The notes under the pieces are model-generated. The model was given only the letters and a program-made list of their open reading frames with translations. It had not been told where the DNA came from and made no database searches. A program made the translations under genes and the position numbers. DNA of 64,000 nt from Cycas panzhihuaensis (Eukaryota > Plantae > Cycadophyta). Every line of letters begins with the position of its first letter. Position 1 is the first letter of the stretch. Where the stretch lies: positions 143,041,741-143,105,740 of the forward strand of contig CM041465.1 in NCBI GenBank assembly GCA_023213395.1, in the 5' to 3' direction. Shown here one piece after another: positions 38,617-51,139 of this stretch.

Positions 38617-40959
38617 GAGAAAGATAGGAGTTGAATTTAGAGATGAAGTAATTAATTAAGAGAAATTATAAGAATTAACTAGTGAGGAGTTGGTGTAAAA
38701 TGATAGGGGAGTGGTTTTGATTGCAAAGAGTAAAGGACAATATCATAACTAGAATAACAACCAATGATCCAAAAGATGTCAAGTAGGATTCGATCATAAC
38801 TGAGGCCACAATGGACCTAAGTAGCTAGGTTTAAAAATCCTAAGAGACCCACCCAAATTAATCTAACCTATAGTAAATATAGATGGGGATGAAGTTGTTA
38901 TGCAATTTTTCATATATTATAAGAGGATGGTAATAATAATATATTTTCTATTTTATACTTCCTTCTTTTTATTTTTACTTTATTCTTGATTCTTTTAACT
39001 CCTTTTTAATTTTTTTTTTTAATAATTATAAGATAGAGAATTTGGGAATCATCTAATTATAACATATCCCTTCTTAATGTAGCAAGGATTACTCCTTTTA
39101 AACAAAACCAAAAGGAGAAATAAAGAACCAAACTCCTCAAAGATTAAACCATAAGGAACAAAAGGAAATCTAAATCATGATGTCTCTAAATATAAGCGGA
39201 AGACAACAAAATGAATATTCACTTCAAGAGTGTAAATAGAGTAAACCAAGGATTAACAACAAATAAAAAGTAGGCGATATATGAATAAAGAGAAAACTAT
39301 AAAGTAAAAGAAAATGTATAAGAGATGGATCAAACAACTAATATAACAACTAAAGTTGATAAACTAGACCTTATATCATAAATAACTATTCAGGGTGAAA
39401 TTGGGGGCCAAAGTTCTCTTCTAAGTTCAAAACTTAAAAGAGAATAAGATAAGAGATGATAATAAAAGAAGGATTCTAATAACCAATACCTATGTTAAAA
39501 GAGGACAATAGTCTTATATAGTGGATAGAATATCACTTGATAAAAGTAAGGAAACTAAAATAATGCAATGAGTAATTAGAGAAGGAAATTATCCATAGTT
39601 TTATCTCATTAGACATTATAACATTTTAGATCCATAGTTTATTTTCATTATGGAGATGTAAGTCTACCATAATTTATAATTTTTAGTAGATAAATTTCTC
39701 AAAGTCATAGTTTATATTCATTGCAGAGTCATCCTTAGAGTGTCCCCTAACTCTAAGTTAATATTAGGGGTTTATCATATAAGCATAACATTACCTTCTT
39801 TAAAATGAAAGGGAGTAGGTTCCATAAGGAAAACTAACCCCTTAGATTGAGAATATATTATTAGTGGTGAATCTGAATGAATTCATTTTTAAAAACCTAA
39901 CTTGTGATGATAAGAAGGAAGAGTAGGGGTAGAGCCATCCAAATGCTCAAGGATTGCCTCCTCATTCTCAAAATAATCCAAGTAAAAGAGATTAATAAGG
40001 ATAACAATCTTTAATAAACTATAAAGAGGATATAATGACTTAATAATTTGGGGACCATTAAGCAAAATATTTTGATAAATTGGTAAAAACTTAATGATCG
40101 AGGGAACTTGGGCGTATGGGATTGATTCATTAATAAACTCCCAAGTTGAAGTGAAAACTTATTCAAACTTAATATAGCCAAAAGAATAATCATGACCCGA
40201 TAAAGTCATCTAAATAAGAGATGATGAGGAGTCATCGATAGAGTGAGAAATAAGGAAGGAAATAATTAAAACCAAGTTAATCTCTGAAACTCTATTGGGT
40301 GAGATTTGATCAATTTAAGATGAAGTAGAGGGTGAAACAAAGACATCATGGGATACTAAATCTAGATGCCTATGTAGTAATAATTGCTTTTCATGTTTAT
40401 TAAGCCATCTAATAAAAAGAGGAGATTGAAAAAAAGGAACTATCATAGGTATAAGCATTTTGTGAGAGGATGAAATCACTTGCTAAGGTAGAGGAGCAGT
40501 TGTGACAGACGAAACTGAGACACCTCTATCTAAAGGTAAACATAAGACTTGTGAAAAATGACACTCATTTAAAGAGGGAAGATTTGGGTTAATTACTTGA
40601 GTTCCAAAACGTCCTCTATAAGACTGGTCAAGATGTGATGTCTCTTCTTCAAAAAAAGAAGAAGAAAAAGTGGAAGATTGAGATTATGGGATGGGATGGA
40701 TAAGATTAGAAGAAAAATAAGAACTTGATTTAAAGGGAATAATTTCAACCATATAAACATCTTTTACTTCTCCCTAATGGGAAGGAGTTTCAATGGTGAA
40801 ATATTATCCTAATCCCAAGGACCAGAAGAAATGTTTTAAGGAATTAGAGGAATCACCAAGTTCAACAATAATTTCAACAAGTAATACTGATTGCTTAATT
40901 GGTTTAGGTTTATGCTTTATAATTTTTCATTCTCCTTCATGGATGAACCGAAGTTCATC

Positions 40960-41290
40960 AAAAAGGGAGGAGTAAATAGAAGCCATTTGGGTAATCCAAG
41001 GTCTACCCAAAAGGATATTATACTTTAAATTAAGGTCAATGATAGTCAATCCAGTGTAAACTATTTTGTCTTCCAAAGTCAAGGGTAAAGTGACTTAGCC
41101 AAGGGGAGTCTTTTGATTTTTATGGCAACCTTAGTAAATCCATTCATAAGGATCAAAAACAAAAATCTCTAGATTTTTAATAAGGCGAAGAGGGATAATA
41201 TTAATAGATGGACCCTCATCAATAATGATATATCTAATATTTATGCTGCCTTTGATAATTTTAATATAAATGGGGGAATATCATTAGGAG
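40960..41290 (-). pseudogene. Tat/Ogre-type aspartic protease remnant
   Basis: Minus strand IRYIIIDEGPSINIIP (~41190-41240; cf. LIDGGSS.NI) and YNILLGRPWITQM (~40984-41022). Confidence 0.8.
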
Positions 41291-42331
41291 CATGGTTAAC
41301 TTAACCAAACATAGTAGCTAAGTCAAATGAGAGAATAAAATCAGATGATCCCACTAAGGTAGGGAATCCTAATACATCAAATAGAAGTTGGTGTTGCTAA
41401 GGAAAAAACTTTAACAAGTCTATAAATAAGATCCTAATAGGAATAGTCTTTAACTCATTAACTAAAGAAAATGATCTATCCTTTAAATTAGAAGGAATAG
41501 ATCAAAACCTGATGGGATGAGGAGGAACTAGGGGCAAAGAGTTAGGATTTTTGGTCATTAAATCATCAGATGATTTGGAAGGGCCTAAAATCTTTGTAGT
41601 CTCTACAAAGTTGATAATTCTTTTAGTTTTACCGCTTTTAGGAGGTGGGAAAGATTGGCTATTAAGACACTTTGATGTGGGATTAGAAGAGGTAGCTAGT
41701 TTCTTGTATTAGAAGCGAGGAGAAATATGAGATTATCAATGAATAGATCTATTATCTTTAGCTTCTTTGTGAGGAAAAGAGGATGGTCCTAGAGTAGGGA
41801 GATGAGATGGCAAAGGCGATTAAGTTACCGTAGGAGTGGTAGATAGCTCAACCTACATTGATTAGTATTCCTCATAAAGTAGATCAAACTGATAATGGTG
41901 AGGAGAAGTAGACATAATATGAGTGTAAGGTAAAAAGGGTCATCAAAACTAAGAATATGGATATGAGAAGAAATTTTGCTTAGAATAGGATCAAGGTAAG
42001 ATAAAGATACTTAAAGAAGAAATACCTTCTTGAACAATAGAAGAGATAAGAAAATATACACTACCAATAAACTAAGAAGGTATTTTAGAATAGCCCTACT
42101 TAATAGGAGCTTTCTATAATTAGTGTGATTCCTCAAGTAGATACAAATATGTAACATATACTTGATGTTTAGAAAGATCCTTATGAGTAGATGAAACTTC
42201 TTAAGTGGGATAAAAGTATTAAGGTTTAAAGTCTAGAAGAAGACCTTAAAGTCTTAATAACTTTCTTTGTTGAGATGAAGGAGTTATTTCTATTGTTTAA
42301 AAGTGTATGGCCAATAAAAACAAAAGATAAC

Positions 42332-42349
42332 TCCTCAGTATGGTCACCA
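42332..42349 (-). promoter_or_regulatory. Primer-binding site, tRNA-Arg-like (Ogre/Tat type)
   Basis: Minus strand TGGTGACCATACTGAGGA resembles TGGCGACTC(C/T)(A/G)CTGGGGA and sits 1 nt from the point where LTR-LTR homology ends. Confidence 0.7.
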
Positions 42350-42350
42350 G

Positions 42351-44712
42351 AAAGATGGTTATTTGGGATCAATCTAGGCTAATAATCTCTCAATAACTTT
42401 TATGTTTCTTCCATTTCAACTGAATATTAGGAGATGTTTAGACCTATAAGAACCCTAGAACCAACTTTGTCTAACTCCTAAGGAGGAGTCTCCACTTGTT
42501 TATGTCTTATGCTTAAGAGTTGTTTTGAAAGTATGAGGCTAGAATATGTGGTGACAACTTGGTGATAGAATATGCTAGTCTACATAAACAAGTATAGGAG
42601 ATCTAAGTTCAAAGTTATACTAATAATGTCTTTGTTTTGTTTTTCTTATTTTTTCTTTTTTTATATCTTTTAACATTTTAGGTTTAATCAAATAAAGAAA
42701 ACATAAAAATAAAAATACAATCATACACTTATCAAATTATAAAAGAAACTAATAAACTTAAGAGAAATCACCTTTCAAATCAACCAAAGAAAGAAGAAAA
42801 CATGCAGACTTTTCTTTTTTATTTTTTTAATATAAAAGTAAATTTTATTTAAAGTCAAAAGAAACTATTTTCTAATTTTCTTAAATAACCTTTTATTTCA
42901 AATGAAAGGATGTAAGAACAAAACTTTATAAAAGAAATCTTTCATATATACTTAGACAATGAAGATCAGAGTGGTATGAAGCTCCTTTCATACTTCTTCC
43001 TCTTGCATGTATGATTTTTGATAGGGTTTACAATATTTTAACCATTGAATGGTATCAAATAAAGGAAAGGAAGCATAAAGTATAACATGCAAAGTAAAAA
43101 CTTAATATGCAAGCCCAAAGTTTATTTGAATAGCCCATAAAAGATGATACACAAGATGTAAATTTAACATGCAAGCAAGGACTTAACTCATGCGATTCAT
43201 TGAGAAGGTAGATTAAGGGCATAAAAAGATTTCATGATTTTCACAATAATATGCAACCATAAGATTAATGAATTCACTTTATCTTTTATGAAAGAAAAGA
43301 GTAAACATGAACACATAAAGTTTATTCTCTTTACTCTTTTTTAATTATGCGTATTTCACAAGAAGAAGGAAAGGAAAAAAGTAAAGAATCAAGGAAAGTA
43401 TATCATATAATCGCAAGAACCCTCTATGTATACAACCATATATGTACCTTAGGATAATAATCTTCCCCCTATTAATCAATCTTTCACTGATTTTTCCTTT
43501 TAAAATAGGTAATAAAGGGAGGAAATTTTGAAGAAACCACCAAACTAGCACCAAATCAAAAGAAATGAGATAAAGACCTTTTGGAAATCTTGATTGCTAT
43601 GAAGAATATGAGGGAGAAGCTATGAAATATGATGAAGAGGTATATCTCTCTTCTTTATATCAAACCCTATGAACCCCGCAAAGAATTAACATTTTACCTA
43701 AGTTTTTTTAAGGAAATAGAAATCACAATAAGAACTAGAGCCAAGATAAAGAAGATAGAATAAATAAGGCATAATATGACAAGCAACTATTTAAAAAAGA
43801 TAAGAAAGAGTGATACGAAATCATTACCAAACTTACGATGAGCAAGTTAGAGCTCAAATTGAAGACTTGCAAAAGATAAATGTTTCAACAAGTAATAAGA
43901 ATTGAGTTAAACAATAACACTATTACTATTTCCAAGTCTCTTTTCTCTTGATTATTTCTTTTCTTACTAAAAGATATCACAATTACTCTCCTCTAATCAA
44001 TCTAGGGGTTTCTAGGTAAAGAAGAAGGTGATAATACTAATTTTGGGAAGTAGTATGCAAAATAGAGAAAAATTGATATGTTTGACTTAAAAAAAATTGC
44101 ATGCATAATAGTCAAAAACGTAATTTTATACATAAAATATGACCAGACACATTTTATGTAGGATGAAAAATGTGACTTTATACATAAAATGTGATCAATC
44201 GTGTTTTTAATGATACTAAAAAATGTGATGACAACAAATGGAAAATTTACCAAATAAACTTAAAATAAATTCAAAGCATTATTAAAAAATTAAAGTAAAA
44301 TGACTTCATCAGAAATAAAAGTAGGTCAAAAGAAGTGATGAATTAAGCACATGCCCAAAAAATGTCAAAAATTAATAATCAAAGTATAAAATCAAGAGGA
44401 AAAGATGGGAATAAGGAGTGTTTTAAAAAGAAAAAGTGGATTAGAATGGATTAGGGGAAAGATTTTGGTGCTATGATTTCATTCATTAACACATAGAAGA
44501 TATAATAATACATTCATCATCATCTAAACATCAATCATTTAAAATATTAATATAATACTTCACTGAAATCACACAAATTTAATAAAAATATATTATGATA
44601 TTCATTAATGATTAATGAAATAAACTCTCATTTGACAAGCAACATTCACATGATCAATAAATATTAACTAGGCATATAGAAATCAACCAAGGAGCTGGGT
44701 TTTGGTGAAATA
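42351..44712 (-). repeat. 5' LTR (~2.36 kb) of the Tat/Ogre-like element
   Basis: Collinear with 19489-21909 and abuts the PBS. Confidence 0.85.
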
Positions 44713-44717
44713 AATGT

Positions 44718-45470
44718 CTTAATAATATTTGGGAGATGTTTCTTTTCTTTGCTTATCTTTGACTTTTATCCTTTCACTTGTTAAAATATCATCACTATAC
44801 CCATGTTAAATCCATTATATTTTTCAATGTTTTGCATTTATTTATTAACTCCTAGGCCATCCTGATGTGATAAAGTATGATCTCCTACTTTATAATTTGA
44901 TTGAGACTATAAAGTGATTTATAATCTAGTTATATGTAAATGTATGTCTTTTGTTCTTCTTAACATTGCCAATGATGTGAAATTTGAAATAGATATTGAT
45001 TGTATATAGCTTTATCTTATAATGATACACCTTACTTTATCATCCCTTTTAAAATCTAGAAGTTATCCCACCTTATGTAGTGATCTTGCAAGGTTAAGAC
45101 CACCTCTAATGGGCTATTTCCTCTTTGTATTTGTTATTTTTAACTTCTATTCTATTATTTTTTGCCTCATAATGGTCTTTACTCTAACATTATAGCCTTT
45201 GCTATGATAACATAATAAATTAAATTTGTCATGATGTCATGTCACAATCTTCTTCTAAAATAGTAGCATTTGCTAATACACTACAAATACACTTATTATA
45301 GTTTCCTTTTTTATACATAATGGTACCACTTTGATTTATCTTAATGCCTTGACAAGCACAATGACAATTAAAACTCACATGAAAATTTGATTTTATGAGA
45401 TTTTTTTTATTATTTTGAGCCCTATAAGGTGTTTCTTGAGTCAAAATAATGGGCTAAATCCTTAGAAACC
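44718..45470 (-). pseudogene. Possible very old copia (SIRE-like) gag relic that received the Tat-like insertion; other half at ~18950-19483
   Basis: Only weak motif traces on the minus strand (PLF near 45450, NGFN near 44810) and E/K-rich coiled-coil-like composition at 19250-19480. Confidence 0.25.
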
Positions 45471-48400
45471 TATAATTTTATAAAATCATTTACCTAATTA
45501 ACTCTATAACTAGATTTGATCAATACAAGTTAGGCTTGGTAGTTTTTAGAGCATATAGAGTACATTTAATTAGATTTGGAACTGGTTTAACATTATTTAT
45601 GTGTATGAATACTTGAAGAGATTGAGTAGGGATCCATTAGGGTTAGATTTGTGCTTATTTAAGTGCTTTTGGGATATTTTCCATGGTTTTATACCTTCAT
45701 TTTGATAAAATATTATACTAAACTCTTCCACACTATAAAATTTCATTTTGTTTATATTAATCTTATCATTCACCTATTCCCTATTATTCTGAGCAACTAT
45801 TAGAAAAAAAATAGAGCAAATTCACCTTGTAAAACTAAGGCAATAAATAATAGTAGGTATAATTATGTTTCTTATTGCATTCTAACTGATGCTTATGCCT
45901 ATTTTCATTTTCAAGTTTATAATAATCAACTAACTTTCATTTAATTGTATTTCTAATATCTCTTACTTATATTTTATATGGGATTTACACTAGCATAGAT
46001 GTTTTGCTAGTAAATTTTTTGTAAGTTATCATAACTTCTAGGTTTTTAAGTTAATTTATGATTTAACAAGTGTAAGCTTAGATTAACTCATTATAGGTAT
46101 TTCAGTTTTATTTGCTAACTATCTTTTGGCAACTTTTGGAACATTTATTATTTTCTTTTTTGTAGTAATTTCCATTAGTGCATCCATTATGCTATTAGAT
46201 TTTCTATAGTTTTCAAGGTTTATTGATTGGTCCCTTGATTTAGTTTTTTTATATGTCTGATAACTTCAAATCACTATATCACATTTTTTATTGACTAACC
46301 TATTTATAGTGACATTTATCTCAATATTTCTCTATCTTTATAGAAGTTATCATAAGTACATGGGTTATACTACTTAATCTTTTATGATTTTTACTTGAGT
46401 TTTGGCTTTAATTACATAATTCTCTTTCTTTATTTCTTTCCTACTAGCTAAGAGGTTTTCTACTAATTCCTTTTTTTTGGAAAGCATATTGATCATGTTG
46501 TTTTATTGTATTTTGATTATTATTTCAACTATCTTAATGGAAAAATTCCCCTCTGTTGGTAACAAATTAGAGGGGATTTCTTAACACTATAGGGCATGAC
46601 TCATTTGAATTACTATTCTTGAGTCTTTATAGGGTTTATCTCTACATTTTGTTCATGAGAGGTCATCAGATTTCTTGTTTGGTTTAGTGATTTCATTTTG
46701 TTTACTCACTTGCTTTTGCGTATTTTAGTTTTACAAAGGAAAAGTTTATTTCCTTTAACATTAGTTTAAACTTAATCATAAGTGTAGGAAAAGTCCCTTT
46801 TTCTTTTACTTAGTGTGTGCCTATTTGCTTTTATTTTATTAATAATTACTTACTTCTTTTTAATTAGTAGTTTATTTAATTTTAATATTGTTTATATTTT
46901 ATTTTATGCTTCTCTTCCTTATTTATGTTCACACCCTAGGAGAGGATAAATTTACTTTGAAACTTGGCACCCCTAAAGGAATAAGCTAGTCTTAACCCCT
47001 TGGTACTAGCTTTATTTCCTATATTCTTATATAACCTTAATCTTTTAGAGAGACATGACACTCTCTATTGATTGTAGGAGAGATGGGTTACTCTCTATCG
47101 ATCATATATAATTTAAAGAGTAAGGATATTACCTTATGTCCTAGGAGATGATGACTACTAATTCTTTTTAAGGTAATTGTGAAGTGGGTTAGATGTAAGT
47201 AGTTTGAGGGGGTGTAAACTCCTTTAATATTAGTCCACAATAACTTATTATTAGACTAGGCCACTCGTATGGTTTGGCCCCCTTTCACATCCACCTTAAG
47301 TTAGTCTCTGCCTTCAAGTTGTAGATCTAGGAATCATGAGTTATAGGTTATGATTCTTACTTATTATTTTCCTTTTACATTTCTTATGTTATTGTACTAC
47401 TTTTCTTTCCATTTCTCTATCAAATAGGACCTTGATTCTAGTTCTTATTTTCACCCCCATAAATTACTACCTCAGTTATATAACTCATGTTCTTATGTTG
47501 ATGACAAGTGGGAGATTTTCATCTATAAATTAAATTGAGGGAGAATTAACGCTGCCCCCCCCCACTAGATATCACATGTATAATATATCTCCCTTCGAAT
47601 AGATTACTGTAGTTGTCTAGTTTCCTAGGACTCTTTTGTTAGCCATGTGAGGATGCCCCCTATATCAATGAACATATTTAGAGACCATGTTAAGTACTTA
47701 TGAGGCCTACCTATTCTTTCACTAAAAAATACCCTTTTTTTTCTATTGCACAATGACACTTTGCTTTACAAACGAGAAAAGTATTTATTTAACTATGAAT
47801 TAGTAAATCTTTCAAACTAATAGATGATCTAGAAGACTCTAAGGAACTCCACTTGATGAGACTTTATCTCCCTCCATTGTTATAACCCTTGGGATTTCTC
47901 AGCTCCATGAAAATATTAGAACTAATCTAGTTATGGTTCCCCTATCCCCCCAAAATATAACATTGGATTCTTTTGATGCCATAGTTAGATTCATGATACA
48001 CTAAACTCACATACTTGAATTCTCATCTTATAAAAACTAAACCCCTTTATATTCAATTGAGGTTGTACCACTTCTTAATAGATTTAATTCTCAATACCCC
48101 TTCTTGGAATAATTTGGATTCATTTACTCTTTGAATTAGGGGCCATCTACATCTATCAGATAACCATCTTACATGCACTTGATTTTTTTGAGTTAGTTCA
48201 TTACCACATCATATAGATAAAAGTTGTTAGTAAAACTTCTATGTAAGAGCTCATTAGATAAATTCTTGAAGTCTTAATTATTCCCTTATACTTAAAATTG
48301 GTGGGTTATATAGTGATACTATAGATTAATTTGATCATAAATCCACTAACTACTTATTTCTTTAGAGGAACAACCATTAACCCCTCGTATAAATACAATC

Positions 48401-49770
48401 TCAACTCATAGTAGACAGGGCTAATTGCTTGATTTATATACACTCTTAATTCCTTCACATTATAATTTAATATAAGGATAATGATTAAGGAATTCCCTTT
48501 TATACAATAACCTCTTTATTAGTTCCATTATGCATCTTCATAAGGCCATACCTTATCTACCTCTTATTTATCCTATAGCCAATATTCCCATGTAACATTA
48601 TTGTGTGGGGCTTACCTTAACTAGATATACAACTAATATCCCTAGTTGGAACTCATAAGTGCCTTTGGATAATTCACTTAGTAAAATCTTACACATTCAT
48701 ATGGCCCAACTTAACTCATATACCCAATTATAACAAAAAAAGAGGGAAGTATACCCACTTGACTTAACTCAAGACTTAGAATTGGAAGCCTAAGTCAATG
48801 AGGGAAGGCTTGATGGCTTCTCTTAAGATACTATATGTCTCAAAGGTTATAGATCTAAGTGCTAAGTTCATACAAAATATGGATGTGATATGCTAACTAA
48901 AGAAGTGTTAAAAGTAACTGAGACTAACTATTTGTAAATGATAGAATTGAGAAATAAGATCAAATATAAATTAAGCATAACATGCATATCAAGCAAAAAA
49001 CTAGTTGAAAAGATCATTTTAAAATAGGCATACAAGATGTGAGAAGCTCTTAGAAGCTAGGAGGGCCATAGAAGCAATTATGCAATGATGTTTTCATAAT
49101 CCTATAATTCTAATCTATGATCAATTCCACAAAAGGTAACAACTGCTATTAATCCTACCTAACTAATAAACACATATATCAACTCAATATAAATAACAAG
49201 AGGAGGATTATTAAGAAGAAGTGACTATGTGAATTAGGACCCTAAAATTATAGACTCTAATTCAATAGTCAAGTATATGGAAACTTAGAGTACTAACCCC
49301 ACTCTAAGCATATGTAGGGGATAAGACACCACTTGCATCTAGCTCTACACAATCTAATATACCCAAGGGAGAATAGATTTGAGAAGAAACCACTTTGAAT
49401 AGAGCATATGGTACTTCTTCAACTATCTTGACTATATATAGTCAAGGTAGTTACCCACCACAAGCCTACTCAAAACATGATAGGACATAACTCATGCCTT
49501 AGGTATAAGACTAATGTATCAGTTGGTGATGAATCTAACTCATGTAGCTAATCCCATTAGGCCATACCTTATTTCTAAGAAAACTAGAGATAGAATAACA
49601 CACTTTTAAAATATAGTTAGAGTGAAATTTTCTTTTCATATATATAATAAAAATACCTAACTAATGCATTACCTCTCACTTATAAGTTTGGGGACTCATA
49701 ATGATGTATGCAAATCCATTTCATGCCTAGGGTTTTTAAATAAGCATAATTCTCTATCAATAGGTTGAAT

Positions 49771-49771
<1 letters not shown>

Positions 49772-49814
<43 letters not shown>
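49772..49814. repeat. (CT)n microsatellite
   Basis: About 21 TC units with one interruption. Confidence 0.97.
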
Positions 49815-49820
<6 letters not shown>

Positions 49821-50049
49821 CTTAATTAAATAAAAAAAGGAAGAAATAAACATATGCAAATATATAACATAAGAAACATAGGTAATAAGCATTTATTTCC
49901 TTTTTCTTTTTAAAATGAAAGGGACAAAGGGACTATTAGAATATTAAACATTACAAAAGCAAATGTAATATTTAATTAGCGATAAATTATGACTGGTTGA
50001 TATAAATATTTTCTTATATATTCTAAGTAGTTTATATAATAGTACAAAA

Positions 50050-50388
50050 TTATTAGTTGATGAGATTCTTATATCTTGTTAGATATACAAGAGATGATAG
50101 ATTTATAAATATATATACATATCAAAAATATATTTTAGATAATGAGAGATAACTAACCTCTACCATTCTCTCATGTTTTTTTCCATCAAGGGCTTTCCAC
50201 GTTAAATATTATGTTATATTTATAGTTGTATTTTCTACTCTTTATAGCCCTTATTATCCTTTACAATGTTGAATGATCATGTAAGCATTAATACTTCCAA
50301 ATATGATTAAATACATCAATGTTGATTAGAGATTCCTTCTTAGTGTAATAACATAAATCATTATTGAATTTGGACATGGTATTAGAGC
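50050..50388 (+). mobile_element. Short copia-type LTR relic with PBS
   Basis: TATAAATA, then GGGCTTTCCACGTTAAAT, then ACA|TGGTATTAGAGC (50377-50388). The 5' boundary is uncertain. Confidence 0.5.
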
Positions 50389-51139
50389 TAAGATGAACAT
50401 CCTAAAGATGCATCATATTAGACCTTGTAAAAAAAAAAAAAGGAATGAATAACAAATACATTTTCAAGTAGATACAAGATCTTAAACTTCCTTTCTCTAC
50501 CCTCATTTTTTTTATGACTTTATATATTAAAATTAATGAAATGAGGAATGTGATTATACTTGATTTAAAATGTTGTAATTTACATATTTATGCATTTTTA
50601 ATTACTCCTTTTTCATTACATGGGATAAGAAAACACTCAAATTTGATCCATTTGGGTATTAGAAAAATCTAAGAAAAACTTGGTAGTGGTTTTTCTTGCC
50701 AAATCAACTTATAACAAAAAAAGGTTTATTATAACTTATGAAAATATTAAAGTAACATCTAGAACTAACTTTGAAATAGGCACACTTAATATGATTTATG
50801 TAACACTTCCTCTTTCCAATAGGTAGGTGAAATGAAAAGGAAAATAAATTGAAACTTGAATGTATTCCTCCTTCACTACTTGTAATGTAAACCCTTTAAT
50901 CACTCTACCACCTAAAATGTTAGCTCAATAAGGTAATACATAGAAATAATATTTTCTTTTAATCTAAGAAAGAATAATTTCTAAGTACCATATATGATAT
51001 AACATATATTGAAGGCTTAAGTTGTGGTTTTGTTCATCATCCTAATCGAGTCCAAGTGACTTCAAATCCTCCCCCAATCATGGATTAGTCCTTTTTGATT
51101 AAAAGAAATAATGGAAATAGGTGAAATATGGATGAAAAA

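Larger units (their letters stand above)
19489..44712 (-). mobile_element. Tat/Ogre-like Ty3/gypsy element, apparently non-autonomous (protease and aRH, no RT/IN seen), hosting a 14.9-kb copia nest
   Basis: Direct repeats 19489-21909 and 42351-44712, PBS 42332-42349, PPT 21910-21921, near-TSD AATAT (19484-19488) / AATGT (44713-44717), and protease and aRH remnants on the same strand. Confidence 0.8.

Noticed and set aside
46543-46579. Small hairpin AAATTCCCCTCT...AGAGGGGATTT
   Set aside because: Single occurrence and too short to support a miRNA or MITE call.
47495-47550. SIRE-like purine motifs (GATGACAAGTGGGAGA, TTGAGGGAGA)
   Set aside because: No adjoining LTR or coding remnant could be delimited.
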